Assembly: GCA_964414595.1 (NCBI GenBank) | Contig: CAYPXJ010000002.1 | Location: 22,328 to 86,327 of the forward strand | Direction: 5' to 3' | DNA from: an uncultured Rickettsiales bacterium | Lineage (GTDB): Bacteria; Pseudomonadota; Alphaproteobacteria; Rickettsiales; CAIJLX01 | Length of the DNA: 64,000 nucleotides | In this document: positions 1 through 11,258 of the stretch, in pieces | How the letters are laid out: each line of letters opens with the position of its first letter | How positions within the stretch are numbered: the first letter of the stretch is position 1 | The notes under the pieces: model-generated | Seen by the model: the letters and a program-made list of their open reading frames with translations, nothing else | Databases searched by the model: none | Told to the model about the DNA's origin: nothing | Made by a program: the position numbers and the translations under genes

Positions 1-686
1 CGTCTATCGAAGTGGCGGAAGCCGCCAAAGTGATTGAAAATGCACAGCGCGATCTCAACATTGCTTTTATGAATGAGCTATCCATTATTTTTCATCGTCT
101 TGGTCTGGATACGCAGGAAGTGTTAGCGGCAGCCGAAACCAAATGGAATTTTTTGCGGTTCCGCCCGGGCCTAGTCGGCGGGCATTGTATCGGTGTTGAT
201 CCTTATTATCTCACTTATCGCGCCCAACAAGCAGGCTATCATCCTGAAGTCATTCTTGCAGGACGGCGTATTAACGATACGATGGGTGAATATGTTGCCG
301 AACGCGTCGTGCGTTTGATGTTACGAAATCGCCGACATGTAGCAGAATCGCGTATCCTTGTTCTTGGATTGGCATTCAAAGAAAACTGCTCTGATTTACG
401 GAATTCACGTGTGATTGATGTTATTCGGGGCTTAGAAAATTTTTACGCGAAAGTAGATGTGTATGACCCGTGGGCACGGGCAGATGATGCCTGGCATGAA
501 TATCGTCTGCGCCTGTTGAAAAAACCGCCAGCGGCAAAAACCTATGACGCCGTGGTGCTGGCAGTCAGCCACAAAGAATTTCTAGCAATGGGCGCAAAAA
601 AAATTCGGAACTTTTGTAAGAAAAATGGCGTTTTTTATGATGTCAAAAGCGTATTCGAAAAATCTGCGAGCGAAGAACGCCTATGA
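1..686 (+). CDS. nucleotide-sugar 6-dehydrogenase (UDP-glucose/GDP-mannose dehydrogenase family, TviB/WbpO/VipA-like), 3' part; 5' end outside the window
   Basis: The frame is open from base 3 ([22 protein letters not shown]...), so the track M at 12 is an internal GTG. Family motif [17 protein letters not shown] with the catalytic Cys. The stop overlaps the next start (ATGA 683-686). Confidence 0.85.
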   Translation, partial: SIEVAEAAKVIENAQRDLNIAFMNELSIIFHRLGLDTQEVLAAAETKWNFLRFRPGLVGGHCIGVDPYYLTYRAQQAGYHPEVILAGRRINDTMGEYVAERVVRLMLRNRRHVAESRILVLGLAFKENCSDLRNSRVIDVIRGLENFYAKVDVYDPWARADDAWHEYRLRLLKKPPAAKTYDAVVLAVSHKEFLAMGAKKIRNFCKKNGVFYDVKSVFEKSASEERL

Positions 687-1705
687 AAATTCTAGTCACG
701 GGAAATGCGGGTTTTATTGGCTTTCATACAGCGATGGCGCTGCTGCACCGCGGCGATGATGTTGTTGGGTTGGATAACGTTAATGCCTATTATGATGTTA
801 AACTCAAGGAATCGCGGCTCGCTTTACTGCAGCAAGAATCTGAAAAAAGCTCTGGCAGTTACCATTTTTATCGGGCGAATTTAAGTGATAAATCTCAAGT
901 GGATCGCTGTTTTACTGAACATCGTTTTGATCGCGTGATTCATCTGGCAGCGCAGGCAGGTGTACGCCATAGCCTTGAACATCCTCACGATTATGTTGAA
1001 TCAAACATAGTGGGTTTTACGAACATACTAGAAGCATGCCGCCATCATGACATACCGCATTTAACCTATGCTTCGACTTCCAGCGTATATGGCGCTAACA
1101 CAACCATGCCCTTTTCGGAACATCACGGCGTTAACCATCCGTTGCAATTTTATGCGGCAACTAAACGCGCAAATGAACTAATGGCGCATGCTTACAGCAA
1201 TTTATTTTCCCTACCGACGACAGGTTTACGTTTTTTTACCGTGTATGGTCCTTGGGGTCGGCCAGATATGGCGCTTTTTTTGTTCACCAAAAATATTCTG
1301 GCTAATAAACCGATCCAATTATTTAACCACGGCAATCACACGCGTGATTTCACTTTTGTCAGTGATATTGTCGAAGGGGTGATCCGGGTCAGCGACAAAA
1401 TTGCAACACCTGATGCGCAATGGAACAGTTATGCCCCCGACCCCGCGACGAGCTCGGCACCCTTCCGAATTTACAACATTGGAAACAATACACCCGTGCT
1501 CTTAGCCGATTATGTGGAGGCGCTTGAAGAAGCTTTGGGGAAAAAGGCTTTGAAGGAATATTTACCCCTACAGGCCGGGGATGTTCCCGATACATTTGCG
1601 GATGTTACTTTGCTGGAAAATACGACAAACTACAAACCCTCCACCTCGGTACGTGAAGGGGTCCAAAAATTTGTTTCTTGGTACCGCGAATATTTTAATA
1701 TTTAG
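683..1705 (+). CDS. NAD-dependent nucleotide-sugar 4-epimerase (UDP-glucuronate / UDP-GlcNAcA 4-epimerase family)
   Basis: N-terminal Rossmann motif GNAGFIGFH and SDR catalytic YAATKRANE (YxxxK). 340 aa, translationally coupled to the dehydrogenase. Confidence 0.88.
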   Translation: MKILVTGNAGFIGFHTAMALLHRGDDVVGLDNVNAYYDVKLKESRLALLQQESEKSSGSYHFYRANLSDKSQVDRCFTEHRFDRVIHLAAQAGVRHSLEHPHDYVESNIVGFTNILEACRHHDIPHLTYASTSSVYGANTTMPFSEHHGVNHPLQFYAATKRANELMAHAYSNLFSLPTTGLRFFTVYGPWGRPDMALFLFTKNILANKPIQLFNHGNHTRDFTFVSDIVEGVIRVSDKIATPDAQWNSYAPDPATSSAPFRIYNIGNNTPVLLADYVEALEEALGKKALKEYLPLQAGDVPDTFADVTLLENTTNYKPSTSVREGVQKFVSWYREYFNI

Positions 1706-1933
1706 CCTTATCGCAAATAATCCCTTTAAATAACAAGATATTAACCATTTTTATGGGCTAATTTTTTGTTGCAATTAGGCTTCCACAAGCTGTTTATTGT
1801 GAGTGACGTAAAATTGCTATCTCTCAATAAGTTGTTATTAAATTTAGTGTACTTTTTCTTCGCCCGTAACTATATATAGTATAGGCATTTAGGTGCTTGT
1901 AATTGAGGGGGAAGTCGAATCGATCCGCGTGCA

Positions 1934-3172
1934 ATGAATCGTGTTCATTACCATTTTCAGTGGATCCCGCCACCAAAAAGCGCGAGTTTTTGGCTGTCTT
2001 TTCACGTCTTTAGCTTAATTTTGATTCTAGCGTTGACGGGTTGTACTGCCATGCCGAGCGCTGGTCCTCGGGGCGTGTCTTTCGACCATATGCGCGCGGA
2101 ACACGTTGGCACTACAGTGGGCGCTGTAGGTGAGGAAGGCTTGCCTTTTGTTTTGGTGGATGTGGATCCCAAAATTCTAGAGGCTTTACAGGGGATTGAA
2201 GACAACTCAGTTTTCAAGGGTGCCTTTACCGATAAAAGCGCGCCTGCCGATAATCTGATTGGTATTGGAGATACGCTCCGGGTGACGATTTTTGAAGCTG
2301 CGGCAGGCGGTTTGTTTGTGCCTTCGGGAGGCGCTATTAATAGTGGCAATTATGTCTCGATGCCGGACCAGGAAGTGGATCAGCACGGTACCATCAGTAT
2401 TCCTTATGCTGATAAAGAGGGCGATGGCGGTTTAATCAAAGTCAATGGTCGCACCCCGATTGACGTACAAAACGATATCCAGAAAAGGCTGCTAAACCGC
2501 GCTATCGAACCGCAGGTTATTGTGACGTTGACCAACCGTATTTCTAATCTTTTCTCGGTGATTGGTGATGTTAATACGCCAGGTCGCTACAGCCTTTCTC
2601 AAGGGGGTATTCGTATCCTCGATGCGCTAAGCATGGCGGGTGGTCCCAAAGGCGCGGATCACAACACGCTAGTAACACTTCAACGCAGTGCTTCTTCTGC
2701 CACGATACGCCTCAGCTCTCTGCTTACACAACCGGAAAACAACATTTTCGTACAGCCGGGCGATATACTGGCTATTAAGAGAGACGAGCGTTTCTACAAT
2801 GTCCTTGGGGCAACACGGGTTAATAACCGCATTCCATTTGAATCTGAGAATCTCACTGTTGCAGATGCTTTGGCTAAAGCCGGAGGTTTGAATGGCGATC
2901 TTGCCGAAGCAGCAACGGTCGTCGTGTTCCGTCGTGAAGAACCTAAACTTTTAGAAGCAATGGGGGTAAAGCTTGCCAATTTTACTCAGGCCGAGCCAAT
3001 CCCCACCGTCTATCGCTTTAACTTAACGCAGCCAGCAGGCATGTTCCTGGCACAAAAAATGGACCTACGAAATAATGATGTGCTCTATGTATCGAATCAT
3101 CCATTTACCGATGCTACAAAACTGCTTGGCGCTTTACGTGATGTTCTGCTTGTCAAGCTGATCAATGATTAG
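1934..3172 (+). CDS. polysaccharide export outer-membrane lipoprotein (Wza/OPX-like)
   Basis: Lipobox LALTGC after a hydrophobic N-terminus. GDTLRVTIFE-type export motif and repeated SLBB-like segments (PGRYSL, FVQPGDILAI, NNDVLYV). Confidence 0.75.
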   Translation: MNRVHYHFQWIPPPKSASFWLSFHVFSLILILALTGCTAMPSAGPRGVSFDHMRAEHVGTTVGAVGEEGLPFVLVDVDPKILEALQGIEDNSVFKGAFTDKSAPADNLIGIGDTLRVTIFEAAAGGLFVPSGGAINSGNYVSMPDQEVDQHGTISIPYADKEGDGGLIKVNGRTPIDVQNDIQKRLLNRAIEPQVIVTLTNRISNLFSVIGDVNTPGRYSLSQGGIRILDALSMAGGPKGADHNTLVTLQRSASSATIRLSSLLTQPENNIFVQPGDILAIKRDERFYNVLGATRVNNRIPFESENLTVADALAKAGGLNGDLAEAATVVVFRREEPKLLEAMGVKLANFTQAEPIPTVYRFNLTQPAGMFLAQKMDLRNNDVLYVSNHPFTDATKLLGALRDVLLVKLIND

Positions 3173-3180
3173 AGGCTAGA

Positions 3181-4620
3181 GTGCAGCGCCTTCATTTAAG
3201 CCCGCTGGATGTTACGGCGCTACTTTTTGCAGCGTTACTATCACTAGCTTGCCTCGCGCGTGGTGCCGTATATGACGCATTGCTGGCGTTCTTTCTATTG
3301 CTTTCTTTGCCTATTTTAATCTTAGGCTTGGGAAGCGCAAAGAGCCTACATCCAACTTTAAAAGTCATTGGCCTCGTGTTTTTATTATGCCTGACGCTGG
3401 TTCTTTTTTTACAGCAGTGGTTACATGGTGCATGGCTAAATGACGGTGCTAATGGGTTAGCCGAACAAACTATTGAAAAACTAACCGCTCCAAACACTCT
3501 TCTTTTTGATCAGGCAGGCTGGTTGAATGCAATAGGCCGGCTTTTGCTCTGTATTATCGCTTATGCTATTGCGCTTTCCATTGGTTCTTCCGAGTCGAGC
3601 GCAAAGCTTTTTCTTCAAGGCCTGTTGGTATGTGGATTGGCTTGTTTGGCATTTACTTTTTTCCTTACTCGCTCGCATGGATCTCAAGCAGTCGTGCAAT
3701 TTTATGCCCATGGATTCATCAACCCCAATAACGCAGGCACCTATCTCGGCGTCATACTTTTATTAGCACTGGCGCAATCGGCGCGTTTTTTTAGAAACCC
3801 ACTCTACACGTCGCACAGAAGGCTGCCGCAACTCATCGATCAACTTACTTTTTTTACTATTGTGCAGGGGTTTTTTCTACTGTTTGCCGTTTTGCTGGTT
3901 TTCGCCGGATTGTTTACGACAGGGTCGCGTGGGGCTATTTTTTTCTCACTGATTTGTAGTTTTGTTTTTTTGATCATCGTTATTTTAAAAGCAAACATGA
4001 CTACGCGCGCGCGCCGTTACACAATTATAGGCTCTTCTTTTTCCATGATATTGTTACTTGGTTGGATTCTTCTTAATTTTGGCCATATCTTTATTAATAC
4101 CCTCGCCCGCGAGGGGTTGGATCACCACACGCGGCTAGAGGTTTTTTCTGCTGTTATTCCTATGATTCAAGATCATAAATGGTTAGGAGTTGGGCTTGGC
4201 GGTTTCCCTTTACTATTTCAACAATATCGCCCGGATAACATTTCTTCCGATGGTATTATTGATAAGGCTCATAATAGTTATCTGGAATTTACGGCGGAGA
4301 TGGGTCTACCGTCGCTTTTACTCCTATTGGTGTGTCTGTTGAGTATCATTTACTTGCTTTTTTGTGGGATAATACGGCGTAAAGAGCGATATATTAACCC
4401 TACATTGGGTTTTGCCGTTTTATTGTTGGGAGCGTCTCATTCGCTGATAGATTTTCCCCTTCAGATACCCTCAATTGCAGCCCTATTCATTGCAATAATC
4501 GTTGTTTGCGCATCACAGTGCGACCCGCGGTTTTCTGCCCCCCCGCATTCTTCCGAAAAACGCACTATGCGACGCATACGTATTCGTAAGAGGAGCCAGA
4601 CTAAACGGATAACATCCTGA
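3181..4620 (+). CDS. O-antigen ligase/polymerase-family (Wzy_C / RfaL-like) integral membrane protein
   Basis: GTG start and about 10-12 hydrophobic segments. TGSRGAIFF loop and DKAHNSYLEFTAEMG loop are typical of the O-antigen ligase family. Confidence 0.7.
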   Translation: MQRLHLSPLDVTALLFAALLSLACLARGAVYDALLAFFLLLSLPILILGLGSAKSLHPTLKVIGLVFLLCLTLVLFLQQWLHGAWLNDGANGLAEQTIEKLTAPNTLLFDQAGWLNAIGRLLLCIIAYAIALSIGSSESSAKLFLQGLLVCGLACLAFTFFLTRSHGSQAVVQFYAHGFINPNNAGTYLGVILLLALAQSARFFRNPLYTSHRRLPQLIDQLTFFTIVQGFFLLFAVLLVFAGLFTTGSRGAIFFSLICSFVFLIIVILKANMTTRARRYTIIGSSFSMILLLGWILLNFGHIFINTLAREGLDHHTRLEVFSAVIPMIQDHKWLGVGLGGFPLLFQQYRPDNISSDGIIDKAHNSYLEFTAEMGLPSLLLLLVCLLSIIYLLFCGIIRRKERYINPTLGFAVLLLGASHSLIDFPLQIPSIAALFIAIIVVCASQCDPRFSAPPHSSEKRTMRRIRIRKRSQTKRITS

Positions 4621-5722
4621 TTTTTTGCTGGTAAGCGTCAATCACCAATTTCTGGTCAAATTCCCGCACGGCCTTTGCACGACTCTCGGCACCCATTTCT
4701 GCACGCTGCTTAGGGGAAAGATTCAAGAAAACAATTATGGCACGCGCCAAATCTTCTACATCTTGCACTTTACACAGCAGCCCGTTTTTTGTGTCTTCTA
4801 CGATCTGCCTACACCCCGGAACGTCGGTAGCTATAAGCGGCTTTCCCATGGCGGCGGCTTCCAGCAATACACGGGACATTCCCTCGCGGTAGGAAGGCAA
4901 CACAATACAATCATGGGCCGCAATTACATCACGCACTGTATTAGTTTCCCCGAGATACTCTACCACTCCCTCGTCCACCCATGCTTGTATCGTTGCTTCG
5001 GAAATGGCAGTTTTATTTTGTATGCCTTGAGGGCCCACAAGTCGAAATACCGTGCGCGGGAATTTTGCTTTTACGATGCGCGCCGCATCTACAAACTCAC
5101 CAATCCCCTTATCCCATAGCATACGCGCGATGAGGACAAAACTTATGGGCGCTTCTGCCTCCTTAGGCGCCCTAACGGCAGGAGAAAAAAAATCTAAATC
5201 CACACCTGAGCCTGGAATTAAGGCTGCCTTAGCGGGCATTACAAGCTTCAACCGAATAAACAAATCCCTATCTTCTGAATTCTGGAAAAATACACAGGCA
5301 GAACGTTGAAAAGCTGCTCGATAAAGCCGTTTTACCAAAAATGTTAGCCAATTATTACGTATAAACGCTGTACCTAGGCCGGATACGTTATTTATAATGG
5401 GAACACCTAACAACCGCGCGGCAAACGATCCATAAATGTTTGGCTTAATGGTATATGTCAGCATAACTGCTGGTTTAACTTCGCGTAATAATTGTATGTA
5501 ACGATATATCAATTTAAGTTCGCCAAGTAAGGAAGTTCCATCTCCTTGCATGGGCAGATGGATATGGCGATCCACTATTTCTTGTAGCTTGGGGGTATAG
5601 CCATCATTAGGCGCGGCGGTAACAATACGATAACCTTGGTTTTTTAGCGACTCGATAAGTTCCCGGCGAAAATTAAAAATATTCCAAGACGTGTTAATAG
5701 AAATCAGAATGGTTTTACTCAT
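4601..5722 (-). CDS. glycosyltransferase family 4 (GT-B)
   Basis: I prefer the start at MSKTILISINTSWNIFNFRRELI (ATG 5722); the track start 5752 adds 10 aa. C-terminal EGMSRVLLEAAAMGKPLIATDVPGCRQIVED motif. Confidence 0.85.
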   Translation of the reverse strand: MSKTILISINTSWNIFNFRRELIESLKNQGYRIVTAAPNDGYTPKLQEIVDRHIHLPMQGDGTSLLGELKLIYRYIQLLREVKPAVMLTYTIKPNIYGSFAARLLGVPIINNVSGLGTAFIRNNWLTFLVKRLYRAAFQRSACVFFQNSEDRDLFIRLKLVMPAKAALIPGSGVDLDFFSPAVRAPKEAEAPISFVLIARMLWDKGIGEFVDAARIVKAKFPRTVFRLVGPQGIQNKTAISEATIQAWVDEGVVEYLGETNTVRDVIAAHDCIVLPSYREGMSRVLLEAAAMGKPLIATDVPGCRQIVEDTKNGLLCKVQDVEDLARAIIVFLNLSPKQRAEMGAESRAKAVREFDQKLVIDAYQQKIRMLSV

Positions 5723-6770
5723 CTTGAAACAACACGTTCTTATAGGGGACATAAGCGAAAGAGTGGTTACCCAGCATTAGCCAGGCTGCCATAATCGTGA
5801 TGTGGAAAACGATAATCAAAAACGCCACAGTGGATTGGGCGCGTTTCCCAAAAATAAACATCAGCGCGGGATAAACCATCATCGGTATAAAATACAGATA
5901 TACCGTTAAGCGGCTCGCTACGGTGGATGAAATAAAGTTAATTACAATAACAATTAATACCGCATATAACCCGTATCGAAGCATCGCCGGGCTATGGATA
6001 TAACTCACAATACGTTTGCGGAATAAAAATCCTATGACCGCCGGAATAGCGATCATCAAAATATGATATAGGGATCCGAATGACATAACTAGCAGCGGCT
6101 CATCCAGATACCGTTGCTTATATCGCGCTACGTTATCGGCATACATCGATACTTCAAAACTCAAATACATCGTGAGAAGAAAAATCAAGGCCCCAAAAAC
6201 AACCTTGTATCGCAATGGAATATTGAGTTTGGTTACAAGAAAAATATTGTTGATGAGCGCACTGGTATGAAACATTGCGGCAATCAGAATATAGGCACAA
6301 CGCGTTAAAAGGCTGTAGCGCTCCCAACGCGAAAACAGCAACAAAATGATTCCCGCCGCCATTGCCTGCCGTACTCCTGACATACCCATTACAATAATAA
6401 AGTACGGTGCGGCTGCTAATACGGCGATCCAAGGATTTGCCGTACGCCTGGCAAAACTAAATACCCCAACCATCATAATGATGGCACCTACTACGTTACT
6501 TAGATACACCTCGAAGCCTAATTTTTCTGAAATCCAAAACAGCAGATAGGAGAGAGGTTCTGCTTGCAGGATAATGTCGCCAAAATCCTGGTTACTTATG
6601 CTTGAATGGATGTAGACATAGGGTTGCCAGTCGGGTCCTACTTCAAAGCGAAAACCTACAAAAACGACAAAAAGAAAAAAGGTAAGAAGCCATAGCAATA
6701 GCGACACTTTGCGCGTATTCACTAGCGCAAATGTTGAAGGAACTAGTAAAAGTAAAAAGTAAGGTATCAC
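5715..6770 (-). CDS. EpsG-family polysaccharide polymerase-like membrane protein
   Basis: 351 aa, about 10 TM segments, aromatic-rich loops. Size and topology fit EpsG/Wzy-like proteins. The stop overlaps the downstream GT start by 8 nt. Confidence 0.65.
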   Translation of the reverse strand: MIPYFLLLLVPSTFALVNTRKVSLLLWLLTFFLFVVFVGFRFEVGPDWQPYVYIHSSISNQDFGDIILQAEPLSYLLFWISEKLGFEVYLSNVVGAIIMMVGVFSFARRTANPWIAVLAAAPYFIIVMGMSGVRQAMAAGIILLLFSRWERYSLLTRCAYILIAAMFHTSALINNIFLVTKLNIPLRYKVVFGALIFLLTMYLSFEVSMYADNVARYKQRYLDEPLLVMSFGSLYHILMIAIPAVIGFLFRKRIVSYIHSPAMLRYGLYAVLIVIVINFISSTVASRLTVYLYFIPMMVYPALMFIFGKRAQSTVAFLIIVFHITIMAAWLMLGNHSFAYVPYKNVLFQDE

Positions 6771-6861
6771 GCGTTAGTTGTAGTTTTTATTGTATTCATG
6801 TAAAGCTCTTGAGGTTACGATAGTGTAATTCGTTTTTACAAAAAAAACAGGAACAAAATCG

Positions 6862-8757
6862 ATGTGCGGAGTTGCTGGGCTGTTATCGTGGTCATCCCGA
6901 TTAAGTGCGGCAGACCTACAAGCAACAGCCGCACACATGGCTGATGCCCTTATTACTCGCGGGCCAGATGGCAGTGGCGTATGGGTCGATGCATCAAGCG
7001 GTATCGCACTTGCGCACCGCCGATTGTCGATCATCGATTTGTCACCCCAAGGTCAGCAACCGATGGCTTCCTCGAATGGCCGTTATGTCATAAGTTTCAA
7101 TGGCGAGATTTATAATTTTGAAGAATTGCGCGCGCAACTCCATGAAACCTGGCGCGGACACTCCGATACCGAGGTGTTGCTTGCTTGCGTTGCGGCGTGG
7201 GGGGTAGAAAAAACCTTACTTAAACTGAATGGCATGTTTGCTTTCGCTTTATGGGATAAAGAAGAGCGAACCTTAACGCTCGCACGCGACCGCATGGGGG
7301 AAAAACCGCTCTATTACGGTTGGGTAGGCGATCAATGTGTATTCGCTTCTGAACTCAAGGCTTTTCAGGGTTTGAGCAACTGGCCGCCTGAGATTAACCG
7401 TGACGCCTTGCATCTATTGATGCGCTACAATTATATCCCTGCACCCTATTCAATTTATACTAACATTTATAAACTCAGGCCGGGCTATTACTTGCGTATC
7501 AAAGCCGGGCAAATGAGCGCGGAACAAACTCCTTATTGGTCGTTTGAGACCATGGTGGAAAGAAGCACGCGCTATCGTTATGTCGGTGGCAAAAAAGAAG
7601 CCATCGACCAGCTCGAGAATTTGCTAAAATATGCAGTGAAGCAGCGCATGGTGGCGGATGTGCCTCTAGGCGCATTTCTCTCGGGGGGGGTTGATTCTTC
7701 CACGCTGGTTTCGCTGATGCAGGCGCAATCGGCGCGCCCTGTAAAAACTTTTACTATTGGCTTTCACGAACCAAAATTCGATGAATCACCTTTTGCCAAA
7801 GCCGTGGCTAAACATTTAGGAACCGAGCATACGGAAATTTACCTTTCTGCCGCGGATACGGAAAATATCATTCCACTACTACCGAACATTTACGACGAAC
7901 CATTTGCTGATTCTTCGCAAATCCCAACTTATTTAGTATCGCGATTTGCCCGCCAGCACGTAACTGTGGCTCTTACAGGGGACGGAGGCGATGAGATATT
8001 CGGAGGTTATAACCGCTATATCAGCGGCGTCCGAATATGGAATGCCGTTTCTGTTTTGCCTTTAGGTTTACGCAAAAAATTAGCGGATATGCTATTGGCA
8101 ACGCGTTCCTCATTTCTATTTCGTTTGGCGCCAGGGGAAACCTTTAAACGCAGACTTTACAAAGATTATGAAAAAATCACAGCCACTTCGCCCGAAGATT
8201 TTTATCATAGCATGTGCTCTCTCAATCCTCATCCCAGTAGAGTGGTCAATGGCGCGCAAGAGCCAGCTTACCAAAAAAGCGGTATGCATCTTGGCCTCGA
8301 TTTTTCTGAGTGGATGATGCTTCAGGATGCGATCACCTATTTTCCAGGTGATATTCTTACCAAAGTGGATCGCGCTTCTATGTCCGTGGGTTTGGAAACA
8401 CGCACTCCCTTTACCGATCCGGAGGTAATGGCTTTTGCCTGGCAGTTACCGCTGAACATGAAAATCCATCAAGGTAAGGGTAAGTGGTTATTACGTCAGC
8501 TACTCTATCGCTATGTGCCGCAAAACTTGATCGAACGGCCAAAAGCCGGCTTCTCTGCGCCTCTAGGTGATTGGTTAAGAGGTTCATTAAAAAGATGGGC
8601 GGCCGACCTTCTTTCGACCGATACACTCAAAAGGCAAGGCTACTTTAACCCTGCGACGGTCGAAAAAATCTGGCAAATACACCAATCCAATCGCCGCGAT
8701 ATGGAACATCAGCTATGGAGTATTCTTATGTTTCAATCCTGGTTAAATAAGGCCTGA
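6862..8757 (+). CDS. asparagine synthase (glutamine-hydrolysing), AsnB-type amidotransferase
   Basis: MCGVAG N-terminus (Cys2 Ntn glutaminase) and PP-loop LSGGVDSS. 631 aa. Confidence 0.9.
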   Translation: MCGVAGLLSWSSRLSAADLQATAAHMADALITRGPDGSGVWVDASSGIALAHRRLSIIDLSPQGQQPMASSNGRYVISFNGEIYNFEELRAQLHETWRGHSDTEVLLACVAAWGVEKTLLKLNGMFAFALWDKEERTLTLARDRMGEKPLYYGWVGDQCVFASELKAFQGLSNWPPEINRDALHLLMRYNYIPAPYSIYTNIYKLRPGYYLRIKAGQMSAEQTPYWSFETMVERSTRYRYVGGKKEAIDQLENLLKYAVKQRMVADVPLGAFLSGGVDSSTLVSLMQAQSARPVKTFTIGFHEPKFDESPFAKAVAKHLGTEHTEIYLSAADTENIIPLLPNIYDEPFADSSQIPTYLVSRFARQHVTVALTGDGGDEIFGGYNRYISGVRIWNAVSVLPLGLRKKLADMLLATRSSFLFRLAPGETFKRRLYKDYEKITATSPEDFYHSMCSLNPHPSRVVNGAQEPAYQKSGMHLGLDFSEWMMLQDAITYFPGDILTKVDRASMSVGLETRTPFTDPEVMAFAWQLPLNMKIHQGKGKWLLRQLLYRYVPQNLIERPKAGFSAPLGDWLRGSLKRWAADLLSTDTLKRQGYFNPATVEKIWQIHQSNRRDMEHQLWSILMFQSWLNKA

Positions 8758-9803
8758 ACCATGTGTGCCACCCGTGGGCCCTGTACTTTAATAGAGTAGA
8801 ATTTTTCAACCCGAGTGCGGCCTGCCTCGCCCATTCTTTTTCGTAACCCTGCATCTGCAAGCAGCCGCTCGATAGCCTGCTGCCACTCCTCCGGAGTTGT
8901 AGCCAAATAGCCATTAACGCCATGCTCCACAATTTCGCGGTTCATTCCCACAGGTGAAGCTATCACCGGAATGCCGCATGCCATGTATTGAATTAGTTTG
9001 AAACCGCATTTGCCTCTTGCCCAAGGTTCGTCAGGCAGTGGCATCACACCTATATCCATTTGCTGCAAATCTGCTATCTCCCGTACTTCTGACCATTCGC
9101 GAAATTCAAAAGGTGCTGCTTGCTTCACTGTAGACCCGGCCCCCACCACGAGGACCGACATTTGGTCTGCTTTCACAAATCGTGAAAAAACGTCCGCGAG
9201 TGGCGCGCCGTATTTCCATGTAGATGGCGAACCTATCCAGCCAAGAACCGGTATAGCCGTTGTAGGTTTTTCCCTTGCCGGAACATAGCATGTCGTATCC
9301 ACTGTCGTCGGAACAATTTCCGTATGGTGACAATAGCGGCTAACATAATCTTGCAGGTATGAATTGCCACAAATGACCAAATCGCTACGGCGTAATAATG
9401 GCGCAAGCTTATTACCTAACACGTTGCGGATGAGCGGATTTTTGTGGTGATCATACTGATGGAAAATTGCATCGTCTAAATCAACAATTACTGGTTTATT
9501 ACAATAAGAAACCAGTGTCTCAAAAATTCCCGGCAGATACGGAAAGCACTCATATTGTACCCAGATAAAGTCGTAATTTCTGCTGCGAATTAAATCGATG
9601 AGTCTTTTTCCATACGAAGAAAAAACGCTAAAAAAACTCTTTTTTCCCGTTGCAAATAAAGTCTCTAGCTGCCGGTCGTCAAGTAGAGGGCAAAATTCCA
9701 GCGTGATGGAAAGTGGTTCTAAATACTTCACCATCTGCACAAAGCGGTAACGCGTGCTTGCTGCGCGCGATCCGTATTTCAAAAGAACAAGCCCTCGTTT
9801 CAT
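8733..9803 (-). CDS. glycosyltransferase (GT-B, family 4/1-like)
   Basis: C-terminal motif ARGKCGFKLIQYMACGIPVIASPVGMNREIVEHGVNG. 356 aa. Confidence 0.8.
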   Translation of the reverse strand: MKRGLVLLKYGSRAASTRYRFVQMVKYLEPLSITLEFCPLLDDRQLETLFATGKKSFFSVFSSYGKRLIDLIRSRNYDFIWVQYECFPYLPGIFETLVSYCNKPVIVDLDDAIFHQYDHHKNPLIRNVLGNKLAPLLRRSDLVICGNSYLQDYVSRYCHHTEIVPTTVDTTCYVPAREKPTTAIPVLGWIGSPSTWKYGAPLADVFSRFVKADQMSVLVVGAGSTVKQAAPFEFREWSEVREIADLQQMDIGVMPLPDEPWARGKCGFKLIQYMACGIPVIASPVGMNREIVEHGVNGYLATTPEEWQQAIERLLADAGLRKRMGEAGRTRVEKFYSIKVQGPRVAHMVQALFNQD

Positions 9804-9930
9804 GGTTTATATACCTTTATGAAATAGCGTCTTTCTCAGCATAAATAGGACTATGTAGACAAAAAGTTTTTAAAATTCTTGGCCTTAAAATGTGGCCATT
9901 TTAATATGGTTTCTATGCGACTCGAATTAA

Positions 9931-11256
9931 ATGATCTCAATGACTATAGCGAAGTTTTGTTTTATTCTGCAAGACATGTTCAAACCTTCAAAATATTTAG
10001 CGGACAATCTTAAATCACTTGGGGGGGGTGGTGCACAATTTTTGATTGTTTTATTTTCTACCCCCGTGATGACACGCCTCTACGATCCGTCAGCCTACGC
10101 GACTTTTGGTCTTATCAATTCTTCTGCTACTGTATTCGTGAGCATTGGCATGCTCTCCTTGCCTTACGCTTACCCGACCGTACAGCGATCGGCAGATCGT
10201 GCACGACTTATGCAGTGTATGCTGTGGATGTTAGTTGGTCTAACTCTACTATCTGTAATGGTTGCGTTAATAATAAGAATCACCGACATGAGGCATGTGG
10301 GTATGGATATTTCGGAAACCGCCTTATTGTTTTTTCCTTTGCTCGTTCTAACAGGCGCTGCACGACAGATTATGTTGATGGTAGCCGTTGAGCGCGCCCA
10401 TTTTAACAGCACCTCATTGGGGCAAATCATTGAGCCTATTTGCTCGCGCGGTGGCGCGATTGCGCTTGGCTCTGTCGCAGGCGGGCACCCGGCATTTGTG
10501 TTAGCTTCGATGGTATTTGGTTATGTAGTAACCACGGTTTCCGTAGGCTTATTAGTTGTTGATAAGGGAATGCGCCACTGGATTGCCACCATACATTCCC
10601 GCAAGCAATTTTTTTCAACTCTTCGACGCTATAAAAATTTTATCTTCTACTCAACGCCTACACAGCAATTATTTCCTCTGACTACTCTTGGTGTACAAAT
10701 GATGGTTGCCCTATTTTTTTCAAGCGAGCAGACCGGTCATTTTATTTTAGCCAGTTCTATCCTTACTTTGCCCGTCACACTGATTGCTTTGACCACCGCA
10801 CCTGTGGTGTATCGGCGTCTTATTGAAATAGAGCGCAAGACTCCTGAAAAACTCCTAGAACATATCGTGATGTTATCCGTTTTGTATCTCATTGGGGGTA
10901 TAGGTCTGGTTACGCCTATATTTTTGTTTGGTGAATCTATTTTTACTTTTATTTTTGGGGCCAACTGGACGGAGGCGGGTGCTATAGCTGAGATCTTAAG
11001 TGTGGCCTATTTTTTTGCGTTTGCCGCTGTAGGTCTACAATCAATTTTCCGGATCATACGGCATCAGGGCACCGAACTTATGTTAGAAATTGTGAGCTGC
11101 TCTATTATCGGGCTTGTGGCTGTCTTATGCTTTGTTACTATGAATTTTTACCAGGCCTTGTTATGCCTCTCTTGCGCTTGGCTTTTGCGTAACTTAATAT
11201 TGTTGTCCAGCGGCTTGCTGTTGACGCGTCGATACATAAAAAATCTCACTGCATAG
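9931..11256 (+). CDS. polysaccharide flippase (Wzx / MOP superfamily)
   Basis: 441 aa with about 12 hydrophobic segments. Sits in a glycan locus. The exact start is uncertain (several early Met codons). Confidence 0.7.
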   Translation: MISMTIAKFCFILQDMFKPSKYLADNLKSLGGGGAQFLIVLFSTPVMTRLYDPSAYATFGLINSSATVFVSIGMLSLPYAYPTVQRSADRARLMQCMLWMLVGLTLLSVMVALIIRITDMRHVGMDISETALLFFPLLVLTGAARQIMLMVAVERAHFNSTSLGQIIEPICSRGGAIALGSVAGGHPAFVLASMVFGYVVTTVSVGLLVVDKGMRHWIATIHSRKQFFSTLRRYKNFIFYSTPTQQLFPLTTLGVQMMVALFFSSEQTGHFILASSILTLPVTLIALTTAPVVYRRLIEIERKTPEKLLEHIVMLSVLYLIGGIGLVTPIFLFGESIFTFIFGANWTEAGAIAEILSVAYFFAFAAVGLQSIFRIIRHQGTELMLEIVSCSIIGLVAVLCFVTMNFYQALLCLSCAWLLRNLILLSSGLLLTRRYIKNLTA

Positions 11257-11258
11257 AT